A stretch of DNA of 64,000 nt from Vicinamibacteria bacterium. Its GTDB lineage: Bacteria > Acidobacteriota > Vicinamibacteria > Marinacidobacterales > Marinacidobacteraceae. Positions 50,179 to 61,129 of the stretch are shown here, piece after piece (position 1 is the first letter of the stretch; each line of letters starts with the position of its first letter). A program made the position numbers and the translations under genes. The stretch covers positions 2,432,001 to 2,496,000 of the forward strand of contig CAXXLQ010000004.1 of assembly GCA_963668695.2 (NCBI GenBank), written 5' to 3'. The notes below the pieces were generated by a model. It was not told where the DNA came from and made no database searches. It worked only from the letters and a program-made list of their open reading frames with translations.

Positions 50179-51032
50179 CCACGGCGACTGTTGCGCCGTC
50201 TTGACATGGTCGGGCATCTTGTAGCTCACTCCGTCGTCGTCGTACACCGAGATCTGGAGAAGCTGGGTGAAATTGTGTGCCCGAACCTTCTGACTTCCCG
50301 CCAAAGTGCGCAGAACACGCTGTTTCGTCCGGTACTTGAAGAGCGTTCCCCGGTCCCACCAGGCCCTGGGCGGGAAATGAAATGCCCCGGCGAGATCCTC
50401 TCCGATGAGCGCCCGCGAAAGACGGTATGCGAGACCCCGCAGCTTTTCTTGCGCGGCCTCACCCTCGACATCCGCAACGGCCGGAATCGCCTGGATCAGC
50501 ATGTTCGCCACCGCGATGGAGTCCTCGTCCGGCGGCGGCTCGCACAGATAGGCCGTCTGGTACATCCTGTCAGCGGACTCGGCGGAGGTGTAGAGGATGG
50601 TTTCCGGGATCCCCATGACATATCCGGCGTACCGCCAGACATCGAGAACGCTCTGCCCTTCCTCGTCGTTGAATTCGGCGCCCAGCAGCCTCGAGAAATC
50701 CAGCAGCCGCTTCGAGAAGACGGAGATTGCGAAGCCCAGATGCGCCGCGCTCAGTGGGACGCCCCAGGCTTCGCGATCCCATTCCTCCGAATGCGCCAGC
50801 AGGCCCCGGATGCGGGTATGGATGAAACGAATGCGGATGGACAGCTTCCATCCGTCGCCGTCCCGGCGGAGACCGGCGGGAAAGAAGATGTCCAGCATGT
50901 GGCGGTTGTTCTGCTGCAGACGTCTTCTTGTCGAGGCCACCCGCCCGGTGATGTTGAAGGACTGGGCGATCATGGTCGAAAAGCCCTCGACCAGCACTCC
51001 GGTGACGAATGCGGCCAGCGTCAGGTCCACAT
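50176..51032 (-). pseudogene. MpaB/Lcp-like (DUF2236) heme oxygenase, N-terminally truncated
   Basis: RRLQQN, GWKLSIRIRFIHTRIR, WGVPLS, WRYAGYVMGIPE; 5' part replaced by IS DNA. Confidence 0.8.
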
Positions 51033-51262
51033 GCCAGCCGCCAGTAGGTCCGCACGATCTCCTCCGTGTTCCAGTCCGTATGGCTCGACCGCAGCAGATA
51101 CGAACCCGCCCCCGCGTCCCGCGCCCCATACCGCTTCGTCCGGGTCACCCGCACCGCCGTCGCGTTGGCACCCTCCCCCTTCGTCACCTGCACCTCAACC
51201 TGCGACGACACCCCCGCATACCGCTCCCGCAGCCGGCCTGGCAGACCGGGCATTCCGCAGAC
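51033..51262 (-). mobile_element. Internal fragment of an IS1634-like transposase
   Basis: GRLRERY..VS..V.V...G.YLLRSS.TDW..EEIVRTYWRL. Confidence 0.65.
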
Positions 51263-51264
51263 TG

Positions 51265-54200
51265 CTAGCGCTTCAGGATGGAGGAGCCGTCGTCGGCGAG
51301 GCTGTAAAGCGCTGGCACGATGAGCAGCGTCACCAGGGTAGCGAACGCGACCCCGAACACGAGCGAGGCGGCCATCGGAATGAGGAACTGCGCCTGGATG
51401 CTGCGCTCCGCCATGAGCGGCGCGAGCCCGGCGCAGGTGGTCACCGTGGTCAGGATGATGGGGCGGAAGCGGAGCGGCCCTGCCGTGAGTACGGCCTCGC
51501 GGGTCGGCATGCCCGCGCGGCGGCTCTGGTTGATGAAGTCGAGCAGCACCAGGGCGTCGTTCACCACGATCCCGACGAGCGGCACCATGCCGAAGAAACT
51601 GGTGATGGAGAACTCCACCCCCATCACGATGTGGCCGAAGATGGCGCCCGCGAGGCCGAACGGCACGGCGGCCATGATGACGAAGGGTTGGGTCCAGGAG
51701 GAAAGGGGGATGGCGAGCAGCGCGTAGATCAGGATCAGCGCGAGCAGCAGGTTCTGACCGAGAGCCTCGAACGTCTCCGCCTGATCGCCGGCGAGGCCGG
51801 CCACTTCGAATCGAAGGTCGGGAAAACGCTCTCCGAGATCCGGAAGCACCTGGTTCTGGATGTCGGCAAGCACCGCTCCGGCGGAGGCGACACCCGGGTC
51901 CACGTTGGTGTGGACCGTCACCGCCCGCCCGCCGTCCACGCGGTGGATCGCCGCCAGCTTCTCGGTGCGGGCGAGTTCGGCCACCTCGCCGATAGGGGCC
52001 ACGCCTCCGTCGGCCCGGCGCACCCTCATCCCGGTCACGTCTTCCGGCCGCGTGCGGTCCGAATCCGGGTAGCGCAGCAGCACCCGAATTTCGTCGCGTC
52101 CGCGCTGGATCCGCTGAACCTCCTCTCCGTAGAACGCCTGGCGGATCTGGCGTCCGAACTCGGTGGCGCCGATGCCGATCCCGGCGCCGTCGCTGCGGAC
52201 GCGGGCCACCAGTTCCGGAGCGCTCCCTTCCAGGTCGTCCTTGACCGAACTGACTCCCCGGTACTCGCGGAAGAGCGTCTGCAGCACCGCCGACGCCTCG
52301 CGCAGTTCCTCCATGTCGCTCCCGCTGATCCGGATCGAGATGTCCGCTTCCTCGCCCAGCAGCGACGTCAGAATCGTCACCTCGCCGCCGTGCGGCAGCG
52401 AGCCGGTGAGACTCCGCAGCCGGTCGCCGATCTCACGGGTCGTAAAGCCGACCCGCTCCTCGGCGGCGATCAGTTCGAGCGTGAGCTGGCCGATCGTGGT
52501 TCCGGAACTCGCTATCGCCCCTCCGATGGCGCCGCCCGGGCCGAAGGGAAGCCGCTGACCCACGAGCGCCGTCAGGTTCCGCAGCGGGTCCACGCCGTGA
52601 TCGTCCCGGACTTCTTCCCGGATCCGGAGAATCGCCGCTTCGACTTCTCCGACAACTTCCGCGGTGGCGTTCGCCGAGGAGCCGGGCGGGAGCGAAACCT
52701 GCACGGTGATCACGTCGCTGTCGAACGGCGGCGTGGTCTCCACCGGCACCCAGCCGCCGCCCACCAGCCCCATGGCCAGCGCCAGCGCCAGGATCCCGAG
52801 GGCGACCGTCGCCAGCCGGTTCCCGAGCGACCACCCCAGGGCGGGGCGGTAGAGGGTTTCGATAGTCCAGTCCAGGGCGCTCTGGAATCCGGCCCGGATG
52901 CGCGCGAGCCGGAGGTTGGGCCGCACGCCGAGTCTCCCGTGCGCCATGTGGTGGGGGAGGATCCAGGCGGCGTCCAGCAGCGAGAAGGCGAGCACCGGGA
53001 TGACGATGCGGGGGAGCGTCCCCATGAGTTCGCCCCAGATACCGGGCAGGCCCAGGAGCGGCGCGAACGCGGCCATGGTGGTCAGGACCCCGAAGGCGGC
53101 GGGGAAGAGCACCTGCCGCACCCCCTTGACGGCCGCCGCTTCGACGCCCGTTTTCGCGGCGGAGACATGGCGCTGCACGTTCTCCCCCACCACGATGGCG
53201 TCGTCGACCACGATCCCGAGGGTCAGGATGAACCCGAACAGGCTGAACATGTTCACGGTGACCCCGAGTCCGGGCATCATCAGGAAGGCGCCGAAGAACG
53301 CCACCGGAAGTCCAGCGGCGGTCCAGACGGCGAGCCGGCTCGACAGCGTGAAGAAGAGGACCAGGAAGATCAGCGCCAGCCCCTGGAGCCCGTTCCGGAC
53401 CAGTACGTCCATGCGGCTCTCGAAGAGCCGCCAGGCATCGAACCAGGGGGTGACGGCGAGCCCTTCCGGCAGAGCGCGTTCGAGCTCGCGGACCTCGGCA
53501 TGGACCGCGCTCGCGGTGTCGAGGAGATGGGCGCCGCTCGCCAGCATCACTTCGAGCAGCACCGCGGGTTCCCCGTTCATTCGCGCCACCCGCTCCACGT
53601 CCGCGAAGCCGTCGGTGACGACCGCCACGTCTCCGACGGTGACCACGCCGCCGCCGGGCGCGGCGATCAGGGGAATCCTCGCGAAATCGTCCGCGGTCGC
53701 CGCTTCCGCCTCGGTGCTCAGCCGCAGTTCGCCGCTCGCGGAGCGAAGCGCGCCGCCCGGAATGTCCGCCGAACCCCGGCGAATCGCCGCCGCCACCCGG
53801 TCAAATGTGAGCCCGAACCGGGTGAGGACGTCCTCCGAGATCTCGATCGAGATCTCGTAGTCCCTCCCGGTAGCGATATCCACCGTCGCCACCCCGGGAA
53901 TGGGGGTGAGCGCGTCCCGCACCCGGTGCGCGACCTCGGTGAGGGTCCGCTCGTCGGCCTCTCCGTGGACCGCGATCCGCAGCAGCAGCGCGTCCGGCGT
54001 CACCTCCGAGATCACCGGTTCCTCGGCATCCGCCGGCAGGGTCGTGAGGGACTCCACCCGTTCCCGGATTTCGTCGCTGACGGTCCGGAAGTCGGCCCAG
54101 CGCTCGACCTCGACGGTGAGCATCCCGAGTCCCTCGGTCGCGAGTCCGACGGTCTCCTTGACGCCCGAGATTTCGCTGAGCGCCTCTTCGAGTCCCAGCA

Positions 54201-54429
54201 GGATGCTGTCCTCGATCACCTCGGCGCCGGCGCCCGGGAAGACGGTGCGGATGGTGAGGGCCGAGGACTGGGTCTTCGGGATCATCTCCTGCGGGACGCC
54301 GCCGACGGTGAGCAGGCCGCCGAGTGAGATCCCGAGCAGCATCAGGTTCGCCGCGACCCGGTTCCGTACGAACCACCCGATCACGCCGGATACGGGCTCG
54401 GCGCCCGGAGGAAGGGAGCGCGGGGCCAA
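51265..54429 (-). CDS. RND efflux permease (AcrB-like; start may be ~54393)
   Basis: RNRVAANL, GIVVDDAIVVGEN, GIVVNDALVL, RFRPIILTTVTT. Confidence 0.95.
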   Translation of the reverse strand: MAPRSLPPGAEPVSGVIGWFVRNRVAANLMLLGISLGGLLTVGGVPQEMIPKTQSSALTIRTVFPGAGAEVIEDSILLGLEEALSEISGVKETVGLATEGLGMLTVEVERWADFRTVSDEIRERVESLTTLPADAEEPVISEVTPDALLLRIAVHGEADERTLTEVAHRVRDALTPIPGVATVDIATGRDYEISIEISEDVLTRFGLTFDRVAAAIRRGSADIPGGALRSASGELRLSTEAEAATADDFARIPLIAAPGGGVVTVGDVAVVTDGFADVERVARMNGEPAVLLEVMLASGAHLLDTASAVHAEVRELERALPEGLAVTPWFDAWRLFESRMDVLVRNGLQGLALIFLVLFFTLSSRLAVWTAAGLPVAFFGAFLMMPGLGVTVNMFSLFGFILTLGIVVDDAIVVGENVQRHVSAAKTGVEAAAVKGVRQVLFPAAFGVLTTMAAFAPLLGLPGIWGELMGTLPRIVIPVLAFSLLDAAWILPHHMAHGRLGVRPNLRLARIRAGFQSALDWTIETLYRPALGWSLGNRLATVALGILALALAMGLVGGGWVPVETTPPFDSDVITVQVSLPPGSSANATAEVVGEVEAAILRIREEVRDDHGVDPLRNLTALVGQRLPFGPGGAIGGAIASSGTTIGQLTLELIAAEERVGFTTREIGDRLRSLTGSLPHGGEVTILTSLLGEEADISIRISGSDMEELREASAVLQTLFREYRGVSSVKDDLEGSAPELVARVRSDGAGIGIGATEFGRQIRQAFYGEEVQRIQRGRDEIRVLLRYPDSDRTRPEDVTGMRVRRADGGVAPIGEVAELARTEKLAAIHRVDGGRAVTVHTNVDPGVASAGAVLADIQNQVLPDLGERFPDLRFEVAGLAGDQAETFEALGQNLLLALILIYALLAIPLSSWTQPFVIMAAVPFGLAGAIFGHIVMGVEFSITSFFGMVPLVGIVVNDALVLLDFINQSRRAGMPTREAVLTAGPLRFRPIILTTVTTCAGLAPLMAERSIQAQFLIPMAASLVFGVAFATLVTLLIVPALYSLADDGSSILKR

Positions 54430-54449
54430 AGCGGAACCTGGGCCTGCGA

Positions 54450-55655
54450 TCAGCGTTCGGCGGCTGGTGCCCCGCCGCCGCCCGGGTCGGCTGGCATGTC
54501 CACCAGAGAGACGCGCACCTCCATTCCCTCGGTAACGATCGCGGGAGGGTTGGTCACCACCCGCTCCCCGTCGCGAAGGCCGGAGCGAACCAGCAGATCC
54601 CCGTCACGAGATGACCAAAAGGCGTCCACCTCGCGGATCCGGATCCGGTCTTCCCCATCGACCACGAGCACCCGTCCGTCTTCCCGTAACGCGCTGCGCG
54701 GCACGACCGCGACCTCCGGATACTCCCTTCCTTCAATCTCCGCCCGGACGAACATCCCGGCGACCAGCGGCGGTCTGCCGTCCGGTCCGCCCGCATACGG
54801 GTTCGGCACCTCGATGACGCCGGGGAAGAACCGGGTCGCCGGGTCCACCTCACCCTCCATCCGCACGAGCCGGCCCTCCCAGGTCCAGGTCGACGACGCG
54901 AGCGCCGGCCCCAGTACGGCGGTCAACTGAGCCCGCGGCCCGCGTCCCGACGGGACACCGCCGAACGGAAGGTCCACCAGTTCGAGCGCGGCGTCCGGCA
55001 ACGACACCCGCGTTTCCACCACCTCCACCAAAAGGAGTTCGAGCAGTGGCAGCCCCGGCGCCGCCCATTCCCCGACCTCGGCGTGCCGTTTCCCCACGAG
55101 ACCCGCGTGGGGCGCCCGCACCTCGGTCTTTTCGACGTCTCGTTCCGCTCGCCTGAGCGCCGCTGCCGCCGCCGCGAGTCCCGCCCGGGCCACCGCGAGT
55201 TGGGGAACCCGGAGCGCGAGCGGATCGGGCGGCGTTCCCTCTCCCGCCCACTCCTCCTCCGCGAGCCGCGCCAGGCTTTCCTCGGTCTGCAACTGCAGCC
55301 TGACCTGTTCGAGCTGGCTCTGCGCCTGGATCACCGCCTGCTCGTAAACCAGGGGTTCGATCCGGAAGAGGGGGGCCCCTTCTTCGACCCGAACCCCGTC
55401 CCGGAGCCCGGGAGCGCCCCACACCACCTGGCCGGCGACTTCCGCCGCCACCGTCGTCCGACGCGCCGGACGGACCGCTCCGTCGGCGCTCACCGTCACG
55501 CGGTGCGGGCCGACCCGCACCCGGGCCGCCCGGACTTCGGGCAGCACGGTCTCGATCTCCTGGGCTTCCGGTTTCGGTCCGAGCGCGGTGAGCAAAGCCG
55601 CCAGCACCACCGCCGCGAGCAGGATGGGAACGAAAAGGAATCTCCGCAACATCAC
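54450..55655 (-). CDS. RND periplasmic adaptor (MFP)
   Basis: AEVAGQV, VRAPHAG, VDPATR, LVAGMFVRAEI, GLRDGERVV. Confidence 0.92.
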   Translation of the reverse strand: MMLRRFLFVPILLAAVVLAALLTALGPKPEAQEIETVLPEVRAARVRVGPHRVTVSADGAVRPARRTTVAAEVAGQVVWGAPGLRDGVRVEEGAPLFRIEPLVYEQAVIQAQSQLEQVRLQLQTEESLARLAEEEWAGEGTPPDPLALRVPQLAVARAGLAAAAAALRRAERDVEKTEVRAPHAGLVGKRHAEVGEWAAPGLPLLELLLVEVVETRVSLPDAALELVDLPFGGVPSGRGPRAQLTAVLGPALASSTWTWEGRLVRMEGEVDPATRFFPGVIEVPNPYAGGPDGRPPLVAGMFVRAEIEGREYPEVAVVPRSALREDGRVLVVDGEDRIRIREVDAFWSSRDGDLLVRSGLRDGERVVTNPPAIVTEGMEVRVSLVDMPADPGGGGAPAAER

Positions 55656-57142
55656 CGGGACCTCAAGCCTGAGCCGACTGTTTCGCCGGCCCCTGCCGAC
55701 TCTTCCCCGTTCGTGCGCTCGAATCCGCCGCCGAGCGCCAGCGAGAGGTTCACCCGGTTGTCCAGCCGCGCCCGCACCTGGGATAGATGGGCCGATTCGG
55801 CCATCAGAACCGCCCGCTCGGCGTCCAGTTCCGCCAGGAGCGAAGCGAATCCGCTCCGCCGCTGCGCCTCGGTCCTCGAGAGCGCCCGCCGGCTGGCCTC
55901 AAGCGCCTCCGCCGACCGCGACTCCACCTCGGAAAGCGCCTCCTCCGCCGAGAGGGCCGCCTCCACCTCCTGATACGCCGTCAGCACCGTCCGGGCATAG
56001 ACCGCCAGCGCCTCGCTGTCCCGGGCCTCTTCCTGCCGGATCTGGGCCCGGATCCGCCCTCCCTGAAACACCGGCGCCGCGATCCGCGCGATCAGGCTCC
56101 ATACCGAGAAGTCGCCCTTCACCAGGTCCTTCAAACGCGCGGTCGCGGTGCCGACCGAACTGGTCAGGGGAAACTGGGGATAGCGCGCCCGCCGCGCGAT
56201 CTCGGTGAACTCCTTCGACATCGCGAGGCGCCGCTCCGCGCTCGCTACGTCCGGACGCCGCGAGATCAGATCCGCCGGGGCCCCGGCCGGAACCGGGCCT
56301 GCCGTTGCCGGCAGACCGCCCCCGAGCGCCCAGTCCGGACCCGGCTCTCCGTCCGGATAGTCGGTAAGGAGAACCTCCAGGCCCCTCACCGCCGCCGAGC
56401 GCGCCTGCCGCCTGCTCGCGGCGGTCGCTTGCGCCTCCGCCAGTCGAGCCTGCGCGGCGTCTACCTGGGCGAGCGCCGCCTCTCCGATCCGCGCCCGCGC
56501 CCGCGTCCAGCGAACCGTCTCTTGCAGGCTTGCCGCGATCGCCTCCGCGATGCGCGTCTGCTCGCGGGCCTCGATCGCCAGGAAATAGAGCCGGGCGGCC
56601 TGACCGGCCAGCGAAACCCGGGCGCCCGCTACCTCCGCGACCGCTGCCTCCACCACGGCGTTGGCGGCGCGGGCCCGCGGCGTCGCCGCGCGCCAGAGAT
56701 TCGCCTCCCAGGAAAGATCCAGCGACAGTCCGTACCGGACGTAGTCCGCGGTCAGCACCTCGTCTTCCCCGATCCCCGGGATCGGCAGCCCGATGAACGC
56801 CTGCCGCGCCGCGATCCGTTCCACCCCGGTGCCGACCTGGGGAAAGAGCGCGCTCCTCGCAATCCCGGCGTCCGCCGCAGCCTGGGCGAGCCGCGCCGCC
56901 GCCTCCTGAAGCGTCAGGTTCCCGGAGAGCGCGCGTTCCACCACCAGGTCGAGTGCCGGATCCCCGAACGACGTCCACCAATCCGCGGCCGGTTTCCCGG
57001 CCGATTCCGGCGCCGGGGTCGCCGCCGGCTCGGGCGCGAGGTCCAACTCCGGGTCGAGAACGGGCGCCCGCAAGCTGGCGCAACCCGCGGCCAGCAGGCA
57101 GATCGCGACGAGGGAAGGCACACGGCGTGCGGCCACGTTCAT
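55652..57142 (-). CDS. NodT/TolC-family outer-membrane lipoprotein
   Basis: LAAGC lipobox, WWTSFGDPAL, RRPDV..AE, PVFQGG, LALGGG. Confidence 0.93.
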   Translation of the reverse strand: MNVAARRVPSLVAICLLAAGCASLRAPVLDPELDLAPEPAATPAPESAGKPAADWWTSFGDPALDLVVERALSGNLTLQEAAARLAQAAADAGIARSALFPQVGTGVERIAARQAFIGLPIPGIGEDEVLTADYVRYGLSLDLSWEANLWRAATPRARAANAVVEAAVAEVAGARVSLAGQAARLYFLAIEAREQTRIAEAIAASLQETVRWTRARARIGEAALAQVDAAQARLAEAQATAASRRQARSAAVRGLEVLLTDYPDGEPGPDWALGGGLPATAGPVPAGAPADLISRRPDVASAERRLAMSKEFTEIARRARYPQFPLTSSVGTATARLKDLVKGDFSVWSLIARIAAPVFQGGRIRAQIRQEEARDSEALAVYARTVLTAYQEVEAALSAEEALSEVESRSAEALEASRRALSRTEAQRRSGFASLLAELDAERAVLMAESAHLSQVRARLDNRVNLSLALGGGFERTNGEESAGAGETVGSGLRSR

Positions 57143-57349
57143 GTCGGTCGCCGAAGTCTATTCGTTCGGGTGCGAAGCTTCCGGTGCCGACAGACCCCAT
57201 GCTCCCGGTGGATCGCGCCGGCGGAAATCCTGCGCCGACGGGCAGGTGAAGCGTCCTCCCTGGTTGAAGGCCCGCCCCCCGCTCGCTTACGATCTTGGGT
57301 TCGAAGCGCGGTTCCCGTCGGGCTCCGGCCTGAACTCACGGAGGCTTTC

Positions 57350-59086
57350 ATGATCCAAATGACGTTCCACCCGGCATCCCGCCGTCCGGCCGGTCTCCTT
57401 CGCCGGCTCGGTCCTCTCGCCGCCCTGGGGCTGGTCGCCGTGTTCGGAGCCTCCCACGCCGCCGCGCAGGAAGAGCAGGAAGAACCGCTGAACCGCCGCG
57501 AGGTCTCGCGGGCGCTCGACATCGCGGAGGAACACATCGACGACGCTGAGAAGGCGGTCCGCGACGGCGACATGGAAGCCGCCAACGCCGCCTGGAGCCA
57601 GGCGGGAGGCCTCTTCCTGAGGGTCCTTCGGGACTACCCGGACCGCCACGACGTGAGGCTGGAAATCGCCCGCATCTACCGGCATTTCGAGGAATGGGAA
57701 AACGTCGCGGGCGCCTACGAGCTGGCGATCGCGGGGCTCGAGGACGACGACGAGATCCTCGAGGCGTGGACCGAGTTGACGACCGCCTACGCGAACCTCG
57801 AAAACGACGTGAAGGTCATCGAGGCGGGGCAGAAGGTCATCGAGTTGAACCCGAACCCGCCGGCCTCGATCTATCTCGGCCTCGGGGGCGCCATGGCCCG
57901 CCAGGGGCAGTTCGCGGAGGCCGCGGACATGGCGCGGAAGGCTCTCGAAATGGAGCCGGACAGCGCGATCGCCCACTCCACCCTCGGTCAGGCCTCCGCC
58001 GCCGCGGAGGACTGGGACGCCGCCGAGGCGTCCTTCCGGCGCGCTGTCGAAATCGATCCCAACACCGCCCGCGCCCACGCCGGACTCGCCAACATCTACA
58101 TTGCGCGCGAGGAGTTCCAGGCGGCGGTGGATGCGGCCACGGCGGCGCTCGCTGTGAACGATCAGTTGACGGCGGCCTACGGCATCCGGGGGCTCGCGAA
58201 CAACGCGCTCGGGAACCAGCAGGAGGCCTACGGCGATCTGGCGATGGCGATCACCGTGAACGCCAACGACCCGGCAGCGAACCTCGCCTTCGCCCAGGTG
58301 TATGAAGCGCAGGACAACAAGGGCCAGGCGGCGACCTACTACCGCAAGGTGACGACATTCGACAACTCGCCCCCGGCCTCCCGGGCGGAGGCGCACATCG
58401 CCCTCGGCCGCTTCGCCATCGACGCCATGAACCCCGACCAGGCAGTGATCGAGATGGAGGCGGCGGCTGCCGCCGACCCGGGTTCGGCGGAAGCCAAGGC
58501 CGCACTCGGGATGGCGCACCGCGCCAAGGCGAAGGCCCTGCGCCAGGCGCAGGATCTGGCGGGAGCGCTGGTCTCCGCGGAAGCGGCGAACGCCGCCAAT
58601 CCCGATGACCCGCTCACCAATCTGGAATACGGCATCGCGCTCTTCTCGAATCAGGCGTTGGCCGAGGCGGCCCCGTTGCTCGAGGCGGCGATTCCCGCCT
58701 TCCCGGCCGACGGCGACCTGAACGACCTTGCGGTCGGCCACTACGCTCTCGGGCAGGCGTACATGGGGCAGAGCAACTTCGCGGGTGCGGAGTCCCAGTT
58801 CATCGAGGCGAGCCAGAAGATGGCCAGTTGGGGCGAGCCATTCCGGATGCTGGCCTGGGCCCAGTCCGTGCAGATCAGTTACGGCCCCTGCCGGCTGAAG
58901 GACGCCGCCTTCGGCGAGCGCTTGCAGGCGGCCCAGGTGGGTTGCCCGGCGAGCGATGCCGACTACGAACGGGTCGCCGAAGCGGCGGCGCAGTACCAGA
59001 AGGCCGTGGAACTCGGCGTCCAGGACCCGGCGCTCGCCGAGCGGCTTGCGGTGCTGCAGGAGGTCCGGAATCAGCTCATCGAATAG
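57350..59086 (+). CDS. Secreted tetratricopeptide-repeat protein
   Basis: GGAGG RBS; signal peptide; repeated A...P..A.AH..LG TPR pattern. Confidence 0.88.
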   Translation: MIQMTFHPASRRPAGLLRRLGPLAALGLVAVFGASHAAAQEEQEEPLNRREVSRALDIAEEHIDDAEKAVRDGDMEAANAAWSQAGGLFLRVLRDYPDRHDVRLEIARIYRHFEEWENVAGAYELAIAGLEDDDEILEAWTELTTAYANLENDVKVIEAGQKVIELNPNPPASIYLGLGGAMARQGQFAEAADMARKALEMEPDSAIAHSTLGQASAAAEDWDAAEASFRRAVEIDPNTARAHAGLANIYIAREEFQAAVDAATAALAVNDQLTAAYGIRGLANNALGNQQEAYGDLAMAITVNANDPAANLAFAQVYEAQDNKGQAATYYRKVTTFDNSPPASRAEAHIALGRFAIDAMNPDQAVIEMEAAAAADPGSAEAKAALGMAHRAKAKALRQAQDLAGALVSAEAANAANPDDPLTNLEYGIALFSNQALAEAAPLLEAAIPAFPADGDLNDLAVGHYALGQAYMGQSNFAGAESQFIEASQKMASWGEPFRMLAWAQSVQISYGPCRLKDAAFGERLQAAQVGCPASDADYERVAEAAAQYQKAVELGVQDPALAERLAVLQEVRNQLIE

Positions 59087-59144
59087 GGCCGATCCGGCCG
59101 ACATCCGGGGGCTGCTGTCCCGCCTCGAGGGACAGCAGCCCCCG

Positions 59145-60269
59145 ATGGAGGACATGCTCGGTCGGTTCGTCCGGATCGAGTCCCCCACCGACGATCCCGA
59201 TGCGACGGCCCGGATGGGCGAGGAGGCCGTCTCCGCGCTCACGGCCGGCGCCTCGTCCTTCCTGAACGACGCAGTCACGTCCCGGACCCTCGGTACGGAC
59301 GGTGGCGCCCCGCGCGGACCCCAGGTGCTGGTCCGGATTCCGGGAACTGCGGCGACGGAGAAACCGCTGCTGCTCCTCGGTCATCTAGACACCGTCTGGC
59401 CGCACGGCACTCTCGAGGAGATTCCCTTCCGGATCGAGGACGGAGTGGCGCGGGGCCCCGGCGTCTACGACATGAAGGCAGGCCTGGTGCAGACGATCTG
59501 GGCGCTCAGGATTCTCGACCGCGAGGGTGTCCGGCCGCGCCGGCCGCTAAGGGTCCTGTGGAACACCGACGAAGAGGCGGGAAGCGCCGCAAGCCGCCAA
59601 CTCATCGAGGCGGAGGCGGCTGCTGCTGCTGCCTGCCTGGTGATGGAGCCCTCGCTGCCGGACGGCGGCGCCAAGACGAGCCGCCGGGGTGTCGGAATCC
59701 TGAGCGCGCGGGTCCTCGGACGCGCCGCCCATGCCGGTCTGGAGCCCGAGCGCGGGATCAATGCGATCACCGAACTGGCCCGGATCGTGACCGCCGCCGC
59801 CGCCCTTTCGGCGCCGGAGCGCGGCGTCACCGCGAACGTCGGACTGATCCGGGGCGGGTCACGGACCAATGTCGTCCCCGCCGAGGCGTCGGCCGACGTG
59901 GACATCCGGATGGATGATCCGGAGTCGGGAGCGCAGATCATCGCGGCGCTCCGGGACCTCGGCGCGGAACATCCGGAAGCCCGGGTTGAATGGACCGGCG
60001 GCGTGAACCGGCCTCCGCTGCTGCGGAACGCGGGCGTCGTCGCCCTCTACGAGCGAGCCCGGCAGTTGGCTGCCGAACTCGACTGGGATCTCGGCGAGGG
60101 TTCGGCGGGCGGCGGTTCGGACGGCAACATCGTGGCCGGGCTGGGTGTTCCGGTACTTGACGGCCTCGGCCCGCTCGGGGACGGCGCCCACGCGCGGCAC
60201 GAACAGGTTGTCACCGGGGACCTCCCCCGCCGCGTCGCCCTCCTGGCGGCCCTCCTCCTCGAACTCTGA
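59145..60269 (+). CDS. M20 metallopeptidase (glutamate carboxypeptidase-like); start uncertain
   Basis: LGHLDTVW, GPGVYDMKAG, DEEAGS, AAHAG, GGGSDGN, DGLG..G.GAH. Confidence 0.92.
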   Translation: MEDMLGRFVRIESPTDDPDATARMGEEAVSALTAGASSFLNDAVTSRTLGTDGGAPRGPQVLVRIPGTAATEKPLLLLGHLDTVWPHGTLEEIPFRIEDGVARGPGVYDMKAGLVQTIWALRILDREGVRPRRPLRVLWNTDEEAGSAASRQLIEAEAAAAAACLVMEPSLPDGGAKTSRRGVGILSARVLGRAAHAGLEPERGINAITELARIVTAAAALSAPERGVTANVGLIRGGSRTNVVPAEASADVDIRMDDPESGAQIIAALRDLGAEHPEARVEWTGGVNRPPLLRNAGVVALYERARQLAAELDWDLGEGSAGGGSDGNIVAGLGVPVLDGLGPLGDGAHARHEQVVTGDLPRRVALLAALLLEL

Positions 60270-60296
60270 TCGGCGGAGGCGCCGTCGCCCGCCGGG

Positions 60297-61040
60297 TCAG
60301 TGAGACAGGATCCGGCTCAGAAAAAGCTTCGTCCGATCGTCAGCGGGGTTCGTGAAGAACGCTTCCGGAGACAGGCATTCGACGATGCTGCCCTCGTCCA
60401 TGAAGGCGATCCGGTCGGCGACGGTCCGGGCGAACCCCATTTCGTGCGTGACCACGATCATCGTCATCCCGCTCTGGGCGAGATCGTTCATCACGTCGAG
60501 GACTTCCTTGATCATCACGGGATCGAGCGCCGACGTGGGTTCGTCGAACAGCAAGACCCTTGGCTGCATGCACAGCGACCTTGCGATCGCCGCCCGCTGC
60601 TGCTGACCGCCTGAGAGCTGGCCCGGATACTTCCCGGCCTGCTCCGGGATCCGCACGCGGGCGAGGAGCTCCATGGCGCGTTTCCGCGCCTCCGCCGCCG
60701 CCATCCCCAGCACCCGGGTCGGCCCCAGCATGCAGTTATCCAGCACGGAAAGGTGGGGGAAGAGATTGAACTCCTGAAACACCATGCCGATCTCGCGCCG
60801 GACCGCGGCGAGGTCCTTCGTCTCCGCGCTCATCTCCCGTCCGGCCAAGACGATGCGCCCTTCCTCGTGTTCCTCGAGACGGTTGATGCAGCGGATCAGG
60901 GTGGACTTTCCCGACCCGGACGGACCGCAGATCACGACCCGCTCGCCTTCCGAGATCCGAAGCTGCACATCCCTGAGAACGTGAAAGTCGCCGAACCACT
61001 TGTTCACGCCGTCGAGTTCGATCAGCACCTTGCCCGCCAT
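60297..61040 (-). CDS. Polar amino-acid ABC transporter ATP-binding protein (GlnQ-like)
   Basis: [41 protein letters not shown]. Confidence 0.95.
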   Translation of the reverse strand: MAGKVLIELDGVNKWFGDFHVLRDVQLRISEGERVVICGPSGSGKSTLIRCINRLEEHEEGRIVLAGREMSAETKDLAAVRREIGMVFQEFNLFPHLSVLDNCMLGPTRVLGMAAAEARKRAMELLARVRIPEQAGKYPGQLSGGQQQRAAIARSLCMQPRVLLFDEPTSALDPVMIKEVLDVMNDLAQSGMTMIVVTHEMGFARTVADRIAFMDEGSIVECLSPEAFFTNPADDRTKLFLSRILSH

Positions 61041-61129
61041 GAGACCCCCCCCGGCGTCAGGCCCTGCGGGGCGCGGCCCCGCCGCCGCCAACGCGCCCCG
61101 GTAGGGAGGTCATGCAGTCGCCCCGGACT

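Noticed and set aside
50191-54327. 1378-aa plus-strand ORF (and similar long ORFs such as 45973..49179 and 1579..3609)
   Set aside because: Antisense shadow frames of real high-GC genes or repeats; no protein motifs
55787-57349. N-terminal extension making a 1099-aa TPR protein
   Set aside because: It overlaps the opposite-strand NodT gene; an RBS and signal peptide support the start at 57350
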